Notes: generated by a model not told the origin, from the letters alone. A DNA stretch of 32,000 bases from Coprobacillaceae bacterium (GCA_963675915.1 OY780959.1:1170001-1202000); one strand, 5' to 3'. Positions 8,359 to 16,959 are shown, counted from the stretch's first letter. Program-made: numbers and translations.

Positions 8359-9192
8359 TCATTTTCTTCGGATTTTGCGATATTGACCTGGAGTATAACC
8401 ATACTTGTCCTTGAAATAGCTGGAAAAAGATTTTGAATTCGCAAAGCCATTTTTGTAGGCGATGTCAATAATGGAATAGTCAGTATCAATCAAATCATAA
8501 TAGGCGTGTTTTAGCCGTATCTCAGTAAGATACTTCTTAATATTAATATTTGGATTTTGCTTGAAATGTCTGGTAAGAGCGTTATTGGTCATCTCAAAAT
8601 GCGCCGCAATGTCATTGACATTTATGCAATTGTGATAATTATTATTAATGTAATCCACAATTTTACGTGTTTTCTCTTTTGCAAAAGTAATGTTTTCAAT
8701 TGTCAGTTCATCTTTTTTCACAAGTAGATGCTCAACCATTATCGATAACATCGAAAGTACCAGGCTGTTTATTTTTATGTTGTTGACAACATTTTTATTT
8801 TTGTATAAATAATACACCTCTAATAAATTATCCGCCAGTAAAGCGGCAATTTCTGCATTTGGCTGCTTGAATTTATAACTGTCGATTGATTGAAAATAGC
8901 TTTTTAAAAAATCATAATTGATTTGTAAGACGTAGCTGACGATTACACTGTCATCGGGAGTTTTATCGAAGCTATGAATTTCCCTCGAATTTATTATGTA
9001 CATCTCTTGGCTACTAAGTTTCAAACTTTTACCTTCCACACTGAAGTCGAATTCTACAATAAGACTATAATGGATTTATATACTATTATGTCAATGATTT
9101 CCGACAGCGCTATCACTTTCGTTAACGACATAGAAATAAATCATATTCACAGGGATACCAAACCCATTATTTATCTTCTCATAGGTAATCAT
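8359..9192 (-). pseudogene. AraC-family regulator paralog inactivated by two in-frame stop codons
   Basis: GGAGGAAGTA-ATG at 9192 opens a frame continuous with ORF 8359..9039. That frame contains TGA at 9093..9091 and TAA at 9078..9076. The alignment GNH*HNSI*I against KHWHNCIEF places the stops at Trp (TGG) and Glu (GAA) of paralog 1. The C-terminal AraC HTH is intact (IAYKNGFANSKSFSSYFKDKYGYTPGQYRK). Confidence 0.75.
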
Positions 9193-9526
9193 TACTTCCT
9201 CCAAAAAATACTAACTCAATCAATTGACTGATTAATCTTTAAAAACCTCAATGCTTCCGACTTACAAAATGATACGACGACCTTCTTTTTTTGTCAAGCG
9301 TATACAAGGAACAATATCCTCGATAATATTCTAAACACCGACAATCCAAATAATCATTAACAAGCAAACATCATACTTATCAAAAAGAAAGTTGTATTAT
9401 TTGGTGGGCATATTTTTTTATCAAACTTCTATTCGCGATAGCATAATACGCCATCACTGTTGATGATTTTAACTAATTCGTTTTCATAAATTCAATATAA
9501 TTCCCACCTTTTTGTTTCCAAAACAA

Positions 9527-9640
9527 AAAACGTAGGTATATAGGGTTTTTTTCGAAGATCTGGTGGCCGAATGGGATAATCCCCTTCTCAATGCTTACAG
9601 GTATTTCTCAACCGTTATCAGTTGGGGAATACCTTTTTTT
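9527..9640 (+). ncRNA. Candidate small RNA / conserved structured non-coding unit, copy 2
   Basis: A -10-like TATATA lies at 9537..9542. The block CCGAATGGGATAATCCCC (9567..9584) contains a GGGA-UAA-UCCC hairpin. A 13-bp terminator stem, GGTATTTCTCAAC (9600..9612) paired with GTTGGGGAATACC (9621..9633), is followed by T7. Order and spacing match copy 1. Confidence 0.35.
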
Positions 9641-9730
9641 GTGCTTTAACAAAGATACCCGTCCTTCTAATGCGTATTGGATAATATTCAGCCGGCAGGT
9701 TTTCTCAAAACCATCATTAGTATTTATCAA

Positions 9731-9760
9731 ATAAAAAAGCCGGAGTTAGACCCCCGGCTT
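9731..9760 (-). terminator. Terminator downstream of the 93-aa ORF
   Basis: AAGCCGG (9737..9743) pairs with CCGGCTT (9754..9760), and a T-run follows on the - strand. Confidence 0.6.
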
Positions 9761-10041
9761 CAACAACATGTATCATCTTTTTTGATTCGGTAGACAGTTG
9801 CGGATTCCGCAATCATATAATCATCCAATCCGACAATTCTAATTCTTCCAAACTTCAACTTTTCGAAAATTTCTTTTTGGGATTCAACATCATAAGTATA
9901 CAAAGAATTGCCATTTTTCATAAAAATCGTTTCACCAAAAAGAACTCGGTCAATCACACTACCGTCATCACCTATCATTTCGTCATCGCTACGATACTTA
10001 TCATGATCGATTGTGATATTAAAAATATAAGGGTATTCCAT
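9760..10041 (-). CDS. Hypothetical small acidic protein (93 aa)
   Basis: An AGGAGG SD lies 6 nt upstream of the ATG and the ORF has its own terminator. It sits downstream of the M20 peptidase gene on the same strand. I recognise no family. Confidence 0.6.
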   Translation of the reverse strand: MEYPYIFNITIDHDKYRSDDEMIGDDGSVIDRVLFGETIFMKNGNSLYTYDVESQKEIFEKLKFGRIRIVGLDDYMIAESATVYRIKKDDTCC

Positions 10042-10224
10042 AAACTACCTCCTGACATATCAGATTCAAATCAACGCACCATATTCAATAATTCATAGAA
10101 GTATGATATCCAATTAACCTGATATTGTCAATTAAACTGCTTTACCGCTGTTAGCTCGAGTTTCAAATCTCCATGATTTCAATAATCACCAAATCAATGC
10201 AAATGATTACAGCGGAAATTTAGA

Positions 10225-11391
10225 TTACGATGCAAATTCATCGATGCCAATGACAACCCCACTCCAAAATTTTGCTCTGCTAAACAAAGAATCAACAAGA
10301 GCATATTCACGGTCGGTATGATTCCACTCACCAATTATTCCACAAGAACAAAGCGTCGGAACCCCTACCGCTTGGATATTGACAGCATCACTGCCGCCTC
10401 CTAAAAAGACATGTCCCAGTTCTCCATAGCCCAATTCCTGACTTTTCTTGTTGCAATAATCCCAAAGCGCCATATTGTCATCCCGTTTTTCAAAGACTTT
10501 ACCCTCGCGTTTGATAATGTAGGAAGTTGAGGTACCTTCGATGTAGGTCTTCTTGAATATTTCTTCAAGTGCACCCTTAACCCGATCAATCTCCGACTGT
10601 GAAGCACAGCGTCCTGAAAATTCAACCTCACAATGATCGGGGATACTGTTCCAGATTGTTCCACCACTTATGATTGAAACATTCATATTCGTACCTAGTT
10701 CGATATTGGTCAACTTATCAATCTCAATAATTTTTTGCGCTGCTTCCACAATCGCATTTCTACCAGTAGCAAAGTCATTACCTGAGTGAGCCGATACGCC
10801 AGTAACCGTGAAATTACCCGAAATTATACCTTTTCGCCCTACGCAAAGACTTCTGGAAACCGGACTTGTCTCCATATTGAAAGCACACACGCACCCTTGT
10901 GAAAGGTATTTAATTACCTCAGCAGTATATGAGTGGTGTTCGCCACCTTCCTCATCACCACATATCACCAATTTAATCGGCCGATCTTTATAACCGATCT
11001 CCTGAAGTGCTTTTATTGTATATAACGCAATGACAATTCCACCTTTCATATCAAGCACACCAGGACCGATAGCTTTACCATCTTCGATTCTGAAAGGTTG
11101 ATCACCAAAAGTACCTTTTACAAAGACTGTATCATAGTGGCCGCTAAACAGTATCGGTTCTCCCGGTCGGTCTTCCCCGATTATTCCCGCAAGCACTTTT
11201 GGAGCTTTTGGATGCGTTGCTATCAACTGACAATCCAACCCGGCATCCATAAAAAGTTCGAACAGGCATTTCGAAAGAACATCCATATTATCCAGTTCCG
11301 TTGCTTTCCCTTCAAGATTTACGAGCATTTTCAAGGTTTCAACCATCTCACCCCGCTTACTGTCAATATACTTGTCACTTTCTTTAATCAT
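10225..11391 (-). CDS. M20-family metallopeptidase (carboxypeptidase G2 / ArgE-DapE-like)
   Basis: M20 metal-binding and catalytic blocks are visible: FSGHYDTV, GPGVLDMKGG, ICGDEEGG and AHSG. The length of 388 aa is typical. Confidence 0.88.
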   Translation of the reverse strand: MIKESDKYIDSKRGEMVETLKMLVNLEGKATELDNMDVLSKCLFELFMDAGLDCQLIATHPKAPKVLAGIIGEDRPGEPILFSGHYDTVFVKGTFGDQPFRIEDGKAIGPGVLDMKGGIVIALYTIKALQEIGYKDRPIKLVICGDEEGGEHHSYTAEVIKYLSQGCVCAFNMETSPVSRSLCVGRKGIISGNFTVTGVSAHSGNDFATGRNAIVEAAQKIIEIDKLTNIELGTNMNVSIISGGTIWNSIPDHCEVEFSGRCASQSEIDRVKGALEEIFKKTYIEGTSTSYIIKREGKVFEKRDDNMALWDYCNKKSQELGYGELGHVFLGGGSDAVNIQAVGVPTLCSCGIIGEWNHTDREYALVDSLFSRAKFWSGVVIGIDEFAS

Positions 11392-12355
11392 TGTATTCTA
11401 TTCCCCTTTTCCCTTTTCAAATCATATAATCATCATTAAAATCAGATATTATTATCCCCTATAATATCCATGTTGCATCGATTTCTAAGAGTCATATCCT
11501 GATAATTTAAAAATTACAACTACCTTAAATATTCTCCTATTTCGATGAACTATCTTTCAACTTCAACTTTTAATACTAAAAATGGTATCAAAAATCAGCT
11601 GATTTTACAATATATAATGTTCCATAGCGCTCTTCGATTATAGCATCAAATTGAATCAGAACAGTGGTTACAAATTTAATGAAATGCATTGACACAGCCA
11701 CCGTTTGAATTATCCAAGATAACTTTTTTTCCATTTAATTTGTCAATTTCGTTAATTGTACAAGAAATTTATGATTTCAGTTGTATTGATTGTAGAAAGA
11801 CATAATCGCAAGGAGGATAGTAAAATGAAAAATACTGCTATTATCACAAGTACGGCCCTTGTACGGATTTTAAGTGTATCCGGTATATATGCCGACGACT
11901 ATCCGATTATTTAATAGGACATAATTATGACAACTCGTATCTTACGCCAGGTCCAAATGGAAACGGCAAAGGTGCTATTGCTAAAACCTCTGATACTTTG
12001 GACAAGCCCCCATATAATTATTTATCCGGCGACAGCGACGGTGATGGAATTCCAAAAGACTGGTCCGGCCCTCACCAAGTTAAATAACGGTTAAAAACAA
12101 TAAGATTAAATCCTCAATTCAATAATCATGCTTATAATACTAACGTAACTTTCAACTCCCAATCAGCATCAAGATTGTTTTAACCAGTAAGTCAGCTGAT
12201 GGAGTCCTAAAAATTGAATATACCCGGCAGCGGCTATCCCGTCAGGGAGTAACATCAAAACAATTCCCTGGCAGTGATATCACCCCCTTTAGCCTACTTT
12301 CTTTTTATACTGATTATAAATCCAGGAATAGCTACATAGCTCCTACCCTTATAAT

Positions 12356-12387
12356 ACAAAAATGACCTCCCGGTACAAAGAGGTCAT
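12356..12387 (-). terminator. Terminator of the DJ-1/PfpI-like gene
   Basis: ATGACCTC (12362..12369) pairs with GAGGTCAT (12380..12387) and is followed on the - strand by T5. Confidence 0.6.
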
Positions 12388-12429
12388 GTCCACACGATGA
12401 TAGTTGCGCTTGAAATTATTATCGAAAAA

Positions 12430-13272
12430 CTAAAGTGTGAGTTCGATTTTATCTTCCAGCAGTCGCATAAGTTCCTGAGCGACTGCTCCACCGGAATTTT
12501 GATTCTGTCCGGTTACGATATTGCCATCTCTCACAATTCCAGTGGCAAAGGTATCCATGAAAGCTGGCGTACTTATATAGTTGGCTTGTTGTTTGCGAAG
12601 TTCCGTTTCGGGATGCAGCGGTGTGCTTTCAATTCCCAATTCCCGGATTTGTTTATTGGATACTCCAGTCATATTCTTACCTTCAACAAGTGGTTTGCCA
12701 GTTGTCTCCTTGGCCAGTCTAAATCCCAGAACCCCATGACAAACAGCTCCAATCAAGACATTCTTGGCATTGGCCGCAGTTATCTTCGCTCCCAAAGCAT
12801 CACTGAACCCGAAATCATAGGCAGCTCCCCAACCCCCGCTCATAAAAATGATATCATATCCACCAAAATCAAGATCATTTACTTTAAGAGAATTCCAGAT
12901 TTTCTTTTGGGCCTTAGCATCTTTTAAAAAACGGCGATCAGCCCGGGATGCCAGCGGATATTTTTGCGAAAAAGGTTCAATGGGAATCTTCCCGCCCTGA
13001 ATACTGGCAAGATCAACCTCCATCTTAGCATCGACAAATTCATAATAAGGAACTGTCAGTTCGGAGCCATAGACCCCGGTTTTCTTCCTGGTTGCATCAA
13101 TGATGTCATGGCTTGTTGTAATTATAAGTGCCTTTTTGCCCTTTAAATGATAGGTGTTTCGATTATAGTCGGGATGATACCCCATCATCTTAAGTAAAAC
13201 AGGAATGGTTTTGAAAATAGCCAAAGTCAAGGTGATTGCAATCGTAAAAATTGTCACCAGTTTTCTTTTCAT
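12430..13272 (-). CDS. Membrane-anchored DJ-1/PfpI (class I glutamine-amidotransferase-like) family protein
   Basis: GGAGGG SD. An N-terminal signal-anchor (MKRKLVTIFTIAITLTLAIF) is present. Also seen are the nucleophile-elbow-like IGAVCHGVLGF and the block GGYDIIFMSGGWGAAYDF, typical of type-1 amidotransferase-like/Hsp31-like proteins. Confidence 0.75.
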   Translation of the reverse strand: MKRKLVTIFTIAITLTLAIFKTIPVLLKMMGYHPDYNRNTYHLKGKKALIITTSHDIIDATRKKTGVYGSELTVPYYEFVDAKMEVDLASIQGGKIPIEPFSQKYPLASRADRRFLKDAKAQKKIWNSLKVNDLDFGGYDIIFMSGGWGAAYDFGFSDALGAKITAANAKNVLIGAVCHGVLGFRLAKETTGKPLVEGKNMTGVSNKQIRELGIESTPLHPETELRKQQANYISTPAFMDTFATGIVRDGNIVTGQNQNSGGAVAQELMRLLEDKIELTL

Positions 13273-13313
13273 TTGAATCCCTCCGTTTTCTAAGTTACCA
13301 TAGTAAAATTCAT

Positions 13314-15068
13314 CTAAGCCAAGGTTAAATTGAGATATCCTTCTTGAGATGTTTCAATCATTGCCTGGAATTTATCCGGGATCCAGATCATCCCGCCATT
13401 ATTTTCATAGACAGCCAATTTTGTTTCAGGGTTGCGTTTCAGCAATTCGTTTACCAGTGCCTTTCTGGTTGGCAGTGGTAGAGTCGACTCGATCACCCTA
13501 AGCACATTGTCATATTCGCGATAGAGGAAAACCCCATTTTCAAGGACAAATGCCTGTCCGCCAAGGTATTTGTTTTCCACCATAACATATGCGATTGCAT
13601 AATCGTCCCAATTCAAAAATACTTCCTGTTCAATGGTTTCATTCCTTTTTGAGCGGTATTCAACCGGCATCACTTCCCCGTCCAAATCCAGTTCGCCAAA
13701 AAGATCCCCACTCGATTCATTAGGAGCCTGAGTCCACTTATCTTTTTGGAAATAAGGTTGGAAGCCCATTGACTGGTAAAATTTTTCCAGTTGCTCATCT
13801 TCAGGTTGAAGTACGAGCGGAAGATCATGGCGCTTTTTGATGTGGGCAATTATTTTGGTCGCCAAGCCCTGTTTTCTAAAGTCAGGATTGGTTGCCACAG
13901 CATAAATATAGAGAGCCGGAATTTCTTCAGTTCCATTTTTCAATGGAGCCGGCATGATAGTCGCCATCGCCACAATCTTGCCCTGGTTCCGGATACAGTA
14001 CATATTCTCATCAGTAAAGCGGTGTTCGAGATAGAAACGGATATAGTCCTCATCATCATGAAACGCCTTGTGCCACAAATCGATGATCTGCGGGAAATCC
14101 TTTGGAGTTGCCAGGGTTATCTCACTTTCAACCGCTTCAAACTTTTGGACCATTGTAGCGGGACGGTAAGACATTTTAGCTCGCCTGAGACCCGGGGCTC
14201 CGGTATCTTCCTCGCGGTTGACATATTTATATCCCGCACCTTCATGGATTAGGAATTGTTGATTAATCAACGGATAAGCACCCTGGATATCCGGGAAGGC
14301 CTTTTCGATATGAACAACCAAGGTATCTTCGTTCAACTGTTCCCCAATGGTAAATGCAACTACTTTTCCCTGGAGTCGAAGCAAGCCTCCCACCAGATTC
14401 AGTTCATCAAAGTTTCCCAAAGCCAACTTGACAGCCTTGTATTCCTCTTGAATACTTTGGTTGTCTTTATTGACATCAAGTTTGATCCACTCTTGCTCCA
14501 TTTCAAGACACTGCGAGATATTACCTTCAGTGATCTTTTCATATGACCAGTCCGGATTATCCTTGAACCGGTTGATATGGTTGCGCTTTTGTTGAAATTT
14601 CTTTCCTTTTAGTGCCACAAGGTCTTTAACTTCATAAATGTAATCAAATCGGTCTCGTTGTGAATGAATCTCAAACTTCCCATAAAAATGCTCCTGGAGA
14701 AACTCCCGTTGTTTGATGGTTAACGGTTCCAGATTAAGTCGCTCTTTATTGTCATAAGATATTTTCAACAGTGTCTCAACCGCCTGTTTTCTATCACCTT
14801 TCCCAAAAGGAAAACTGTAATATGAGATGCCCTCCACCTCATATCTGATAACTGCACAGCCGGAAATTTCGGCCACATAGCATTTGAATACATCCTTCCA
14901 GATAAAATTATTCGCAAAAGCATAATCGCTGGCCTCGAGTCGGTCCTCCCGCTGCTTCTCTTTCATCCATCGAGCATCAGTTAATTCAAGTTTGTGAAAA
15001 TTTACTTTTTCCATTTTTTCCCCTACCATTTTCCCCATTTCACCTAGTGGTGAATGAATATTAAACAT
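13314..15068 (-). CDS. Fusion protein: a DUF2156 domain (MprF C-terminal, aminoacyl-transferase-like) joined to a GNAT acetyltransferase domain
   Basis: The N-terminal ~300 aa (FHKLELTDARWM...ASDYAFANNFIWKDVF...KGKKFQQKRNHINRF) resemble DUF2156. The C-terminal half carries GNAT motif A (LYIYAVATNPDFRKQGLATKII). The probable true start is ATG 15014 (MEKVNFHKL), preceded by AGGGGAA. Confidence 0.7.
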   Translation of the reverse strand: MFNIHSPLGEMGKMVGEKMEKVNFHKLELTDARWMKEKQREDRLEASDYAFANNFIWKDVFKCYVAEISGCAVIRYEVEGISYYSFPFGKGDRKQAVETLLKISYDNKERLNLEPLTIKQREFLQEHFYGKFEIHSQRDRFDYIYEVKDLVALKGKKFQQKRNHINRFKDNPDWSYEKITEGNISQCLEMEQEWIKLDVNKDNQSIQEEYKAVKLALGNFDELNLVGGLLRLQGKVVAFTIGEQLNEDTLVVHIEKAFPDIQGAYPLINQQFLIHEGAGYKYVNREEDTGAPGLRRAKMSYRPATMVQKFEAVESEITLATPKDFPQIIDLWHKAFHDDEDYIRFYLEHRFTDENMYCIRNQGKIVAMATIMPAPLKNGTEEIPALYIYAVATNPDFRKQGLATKIIAHIKKRHDLPLVLQPEDEQLEKFYQSMGFQPYFQKDKWTQAPNESSGDLFGELDLDGEVMPVEYRSKRNETIEQEVFLNWDDYAIAYVMVENKYLGGQAFVLENGVFLYREYDNVLRVIESTLPLPTRKALVNELLKRNPETKLAVYENNGGMIWIPDKFQAMIETSQEGYLNLTLA

Positions 15069-15237
15069 ATCTAAGTTTATCGAATTGTACCATGTTTTGC
15101 AATCTTAGACAAACAGGATGCATATTTTAGCAATTTCGATAACTATGTCTTATGGTGGGAATTATGCTGATTCCACAAGCCCATCCGGATATGTTTCAGG
15201 TTCCATCAACAAGTTTTGCCACACCTTCGAAAATCAT

Positions 15238-15297
15238 AAGAAAAAACCCCGCTCTTCCACTTTTGGATAATGCCCAAAAATAGAATTGCAGGGTTTT
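15238..15297 (-). terminator. Compound hairpin with a T-run downstream of the small acidic ORF
   Basis: The outer stem AAAACCCCGC (15243..15252) pairs with GCAGGGTTTT (15288..15297) with one mismatch. An inner hairpin TTTTGG/CCAAAA is nested inside. The - strand reads ...GCGGGGTTTTTTCTT. Confidence 0.45.
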
Positions 15298-15443
15298 GAT
15301 GACGTCCGGCTAAAATCCACACTTATTATTTCCAAGTCCCGATTGTCAAGTGGCAATCAAGAAACCTGAATAATAAACTCACATCGGATTCACTCCTTAG
15401 ACAATATTATTATTATGAGATTATTCCGATCCGAAATTAAATT

Positions 15444-15596
15444 TTAATCTTCTTCCTTGTCAGTTTTCTTGGATTCCTTGATGTATTCAGGGACTTTTTC
15501 GTCCGGATTTTGTTCCAGATCGCCGTCATCAATTTTTTCGAACTTGTCAATTTTTGCTAAAGTTCTTTCTTTGTCAACATCTGGTTTGGTAAACAT
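15444..15596 (-). CDS. Small highly charged/acidic protein (50 aa), absent from the ORF track because it is under 60 aa
   Basis: AAAGGAGG SD lies 7 nt before ATG 15596. The translation is MFTKPDVDKERTLAKIDKFEKIDDGDLEQNPDEKVPEYIKESKKTDKEED, ending at TAA. Confidence 0.45.
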   Translation of the reverse strand: MFTKPDVDKERTLAKIDKFEKIDDGDLEQNPDEKVPEYIKESKKTDKEED

Positions 15597-15940
15597 AATA
15601 CAACCTCCTTTGTATAGTGTATTATTTCTACTTATATTTTATCACACCTTTTAATATTTTGATACCATTTCATCACAAAATGATAAAAGTTTGCGCAAAT
15701 ATCTCCGATTTTATCAACTATATTCACACCGGTGTCGTAAGTTAGTAAAAACCCCCGAATCGGTACCGCTGATTATAAAACGGACAAGATAGGTAGTCGA
15801 TGTCAATCGACATTGACTACTTTGATAACCGAATCATAGCCATAAAGATAATTGCTAAAGGTAAATGGATTCCCTTTTGGCAAAATAGTCTTTACTTCTA
15901 GTCGGATATTGGCAAACCGAAAATGTCTTTTGGATATTTG

Positions 15941-16105
15941 TCATTCCTGCCAATCCGGCTGATCTCCTGGACCAAATGGATCTTTTTGATAAACTTCTCC
16001 CACACCCTTATCGCCATGGACTTTATCGCCGACAGCACTCACTTTGGTTGTAAACAAACCAAACATCAAACAAAATACAAAAACCGTTATTAATAATTTC
16101 TTCAT
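15941..16105 (-). CDS. Small secreted peptide precursor (54 aa) with a predicted signal peptide
   Basis: A GGAGG SD precedes ATG 16105. The translation is MKKLLITVFVFCLMFGLFTTKVSA|VGDKVHGDKGVGEVYQKDPFGPGDQPDWQE, with an AxA-type cleavage site (VSA). It has its own promoter. Confidence 0.5.
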   Translation of the reverse strand: MKKLLITVFVFCLMFGLFTTKVSAVGDKVHGDKGVGEVYQKDPFGPGDQPDWQE

Positions 16106-16181
16106 TTCAAATTCCTCCGATCCTAACTAGAATTCAAACAATTGACTGCAAAACCAATGAAATCCTCAACTAGATAATTTA

Positions 16182-16210
16182 ATGTTACAACTTCCATTTT
16201 TTATTGTCAA
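16182..16210 (-). promoter_or_regulatory. Candidate sigma-A promoter of the 54-aa peptide gene
   Basis: On the - strand, TTGACA (rc 16205..16210)-N17-TAACAT (rc 16182..16187). Confidence 0.4.
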
Positions 16211-16271
16211 GTTGATCAAAAAACAAGCCCCAAGGCAACTGATTGCCATTATCAATCAAGTAATCAAGCAG

Positions 16272-16296
16272 AAAAAAGAGAACACTAACTCTCTTT
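16272..16296 (-). terminator. Terminator downstream of the DUF4230 gene
   Basis: The - strand reads AAAAGAGAG-ttagtg-TTCTCTTTTTT. Confidence 0.5.
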
Positions 16297-16329
16297 TACC
16301 GATAAAACAAGATGCCAAATTTAATTACT

Positions 16330-16959
16330 CTAGGCAAACTCGATGGTTATCTCATAGTTCTGTCTGATCGTATCAATCATATTGAGGTGTTGTTTGATGC
16401 TGAGTTCTACTCGGATTGCCGCCTCTTCCAACAAGCCATTATCGATGGCTTCCTGTTCAACTTTATCCTTTTGTTGAGTGGCAAAGGTCTTATAGTCACT
16501 GATTGAGATTGGATTGAAAAGATTGTTTTTCTCATCGTAAACCTCAATACTGTTTTCATCGATTTCATTGCTCAGCACTTCTACTTGGGGTACAGTTGCC
16601 GTAATGGTATCACCCCTAACATCAATAATGATTTGATTCATATCGATTCCAGCTTTGAGCTTTCCGCTGTAGGTGATCAGAAAGCTTTTTTGGGTCAACG
16701 GCACGGTCCAGCCATTGATATCCAATGAATTGGTGAACTTTCCGATTTTGGTATAATTATATTGCATCACTGCCATCTCATTTATTTCCTGAAGAGTCTG
16801 GGTAAGACCAGTGGAAGTAATGATCGCCTGTCCAGGATTAGAAACATACATTGTTCCCGCAACAAATACGCCAATTAAAACTACAACTGAAACAGCAATT
16901 TTTATCAAGGTTCTTTTTATTTTCATTATCAATATCACTTTCATTACTTTATAGATCAA
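16330..16959 (-). CDS. DUF4230-like membrane-anchored protein
   Basis: The N-terminal TM helix is IKIAVSVVVLIGVFVAGTMYV. The body (MQYNYTKIGKF...FLITYSGKLKAGIDMNQI) resembles DUF4230, judged from memory. The start is uncertain: TTG 16959, ATG 16944 or ATG 16926. Confidence 0.6.
   Translation of the reverse strand: MIYKVMKVILIMKIKRTLIKIAVSVVVLIGVFVAGTMYVSNPGQAIITSTGLTQTLQEINEMAVMQYNYTKIGKFTNSLDINGWTVPLTQKSFLITYSGKLKAGIDMNQIIIDVRGDTITATVPQVEVLSNEIDENSIEVYDEKNNLFNPISISDYKTFATQQKDKVEQEAIDNGLLEEAAIRVELSIKQHLNMIDTIRQNYEITIEFA

Noticed and set aside
9091-9093. TGA read as Trp (genetic code 4, Mycoplasma/Spiroplasma-like), suggested by TGA aligning to the HWH tryptophan and by a second in-frame TGA at 18068..18070
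   Set aside because: All long genes (584, 465, 440, 388 and 385 aa) are open under the standard code and use TGG for Trp. TGA ends several well-supported genes, including the ECF sigma at 24700, the AraC pseudogene at 8359 and the 93-aa ORF at 9760. The same AraC frame also carries a TAA. A pseudogene or sequencing error is the simpler explanation.
10401-11439. ORFs 10401..10667 (-), 10808..10993 (+) and 11098..11439 (+) overlapping the M20 peptidase gene
   Set aside because: They are out-of-frame or antisense to a gene with clear M20 motifs and are judged spurious.
13791-14546. The + strand ORFs antisense to the DUF2156-GNAT gene (also 12397..12927 and 12964..13146 antisense to the DJ-1 gene)
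   Set aside because: They lie entirely within confidently called genes on the other strand and have neither an SD nor recognisable motifs.
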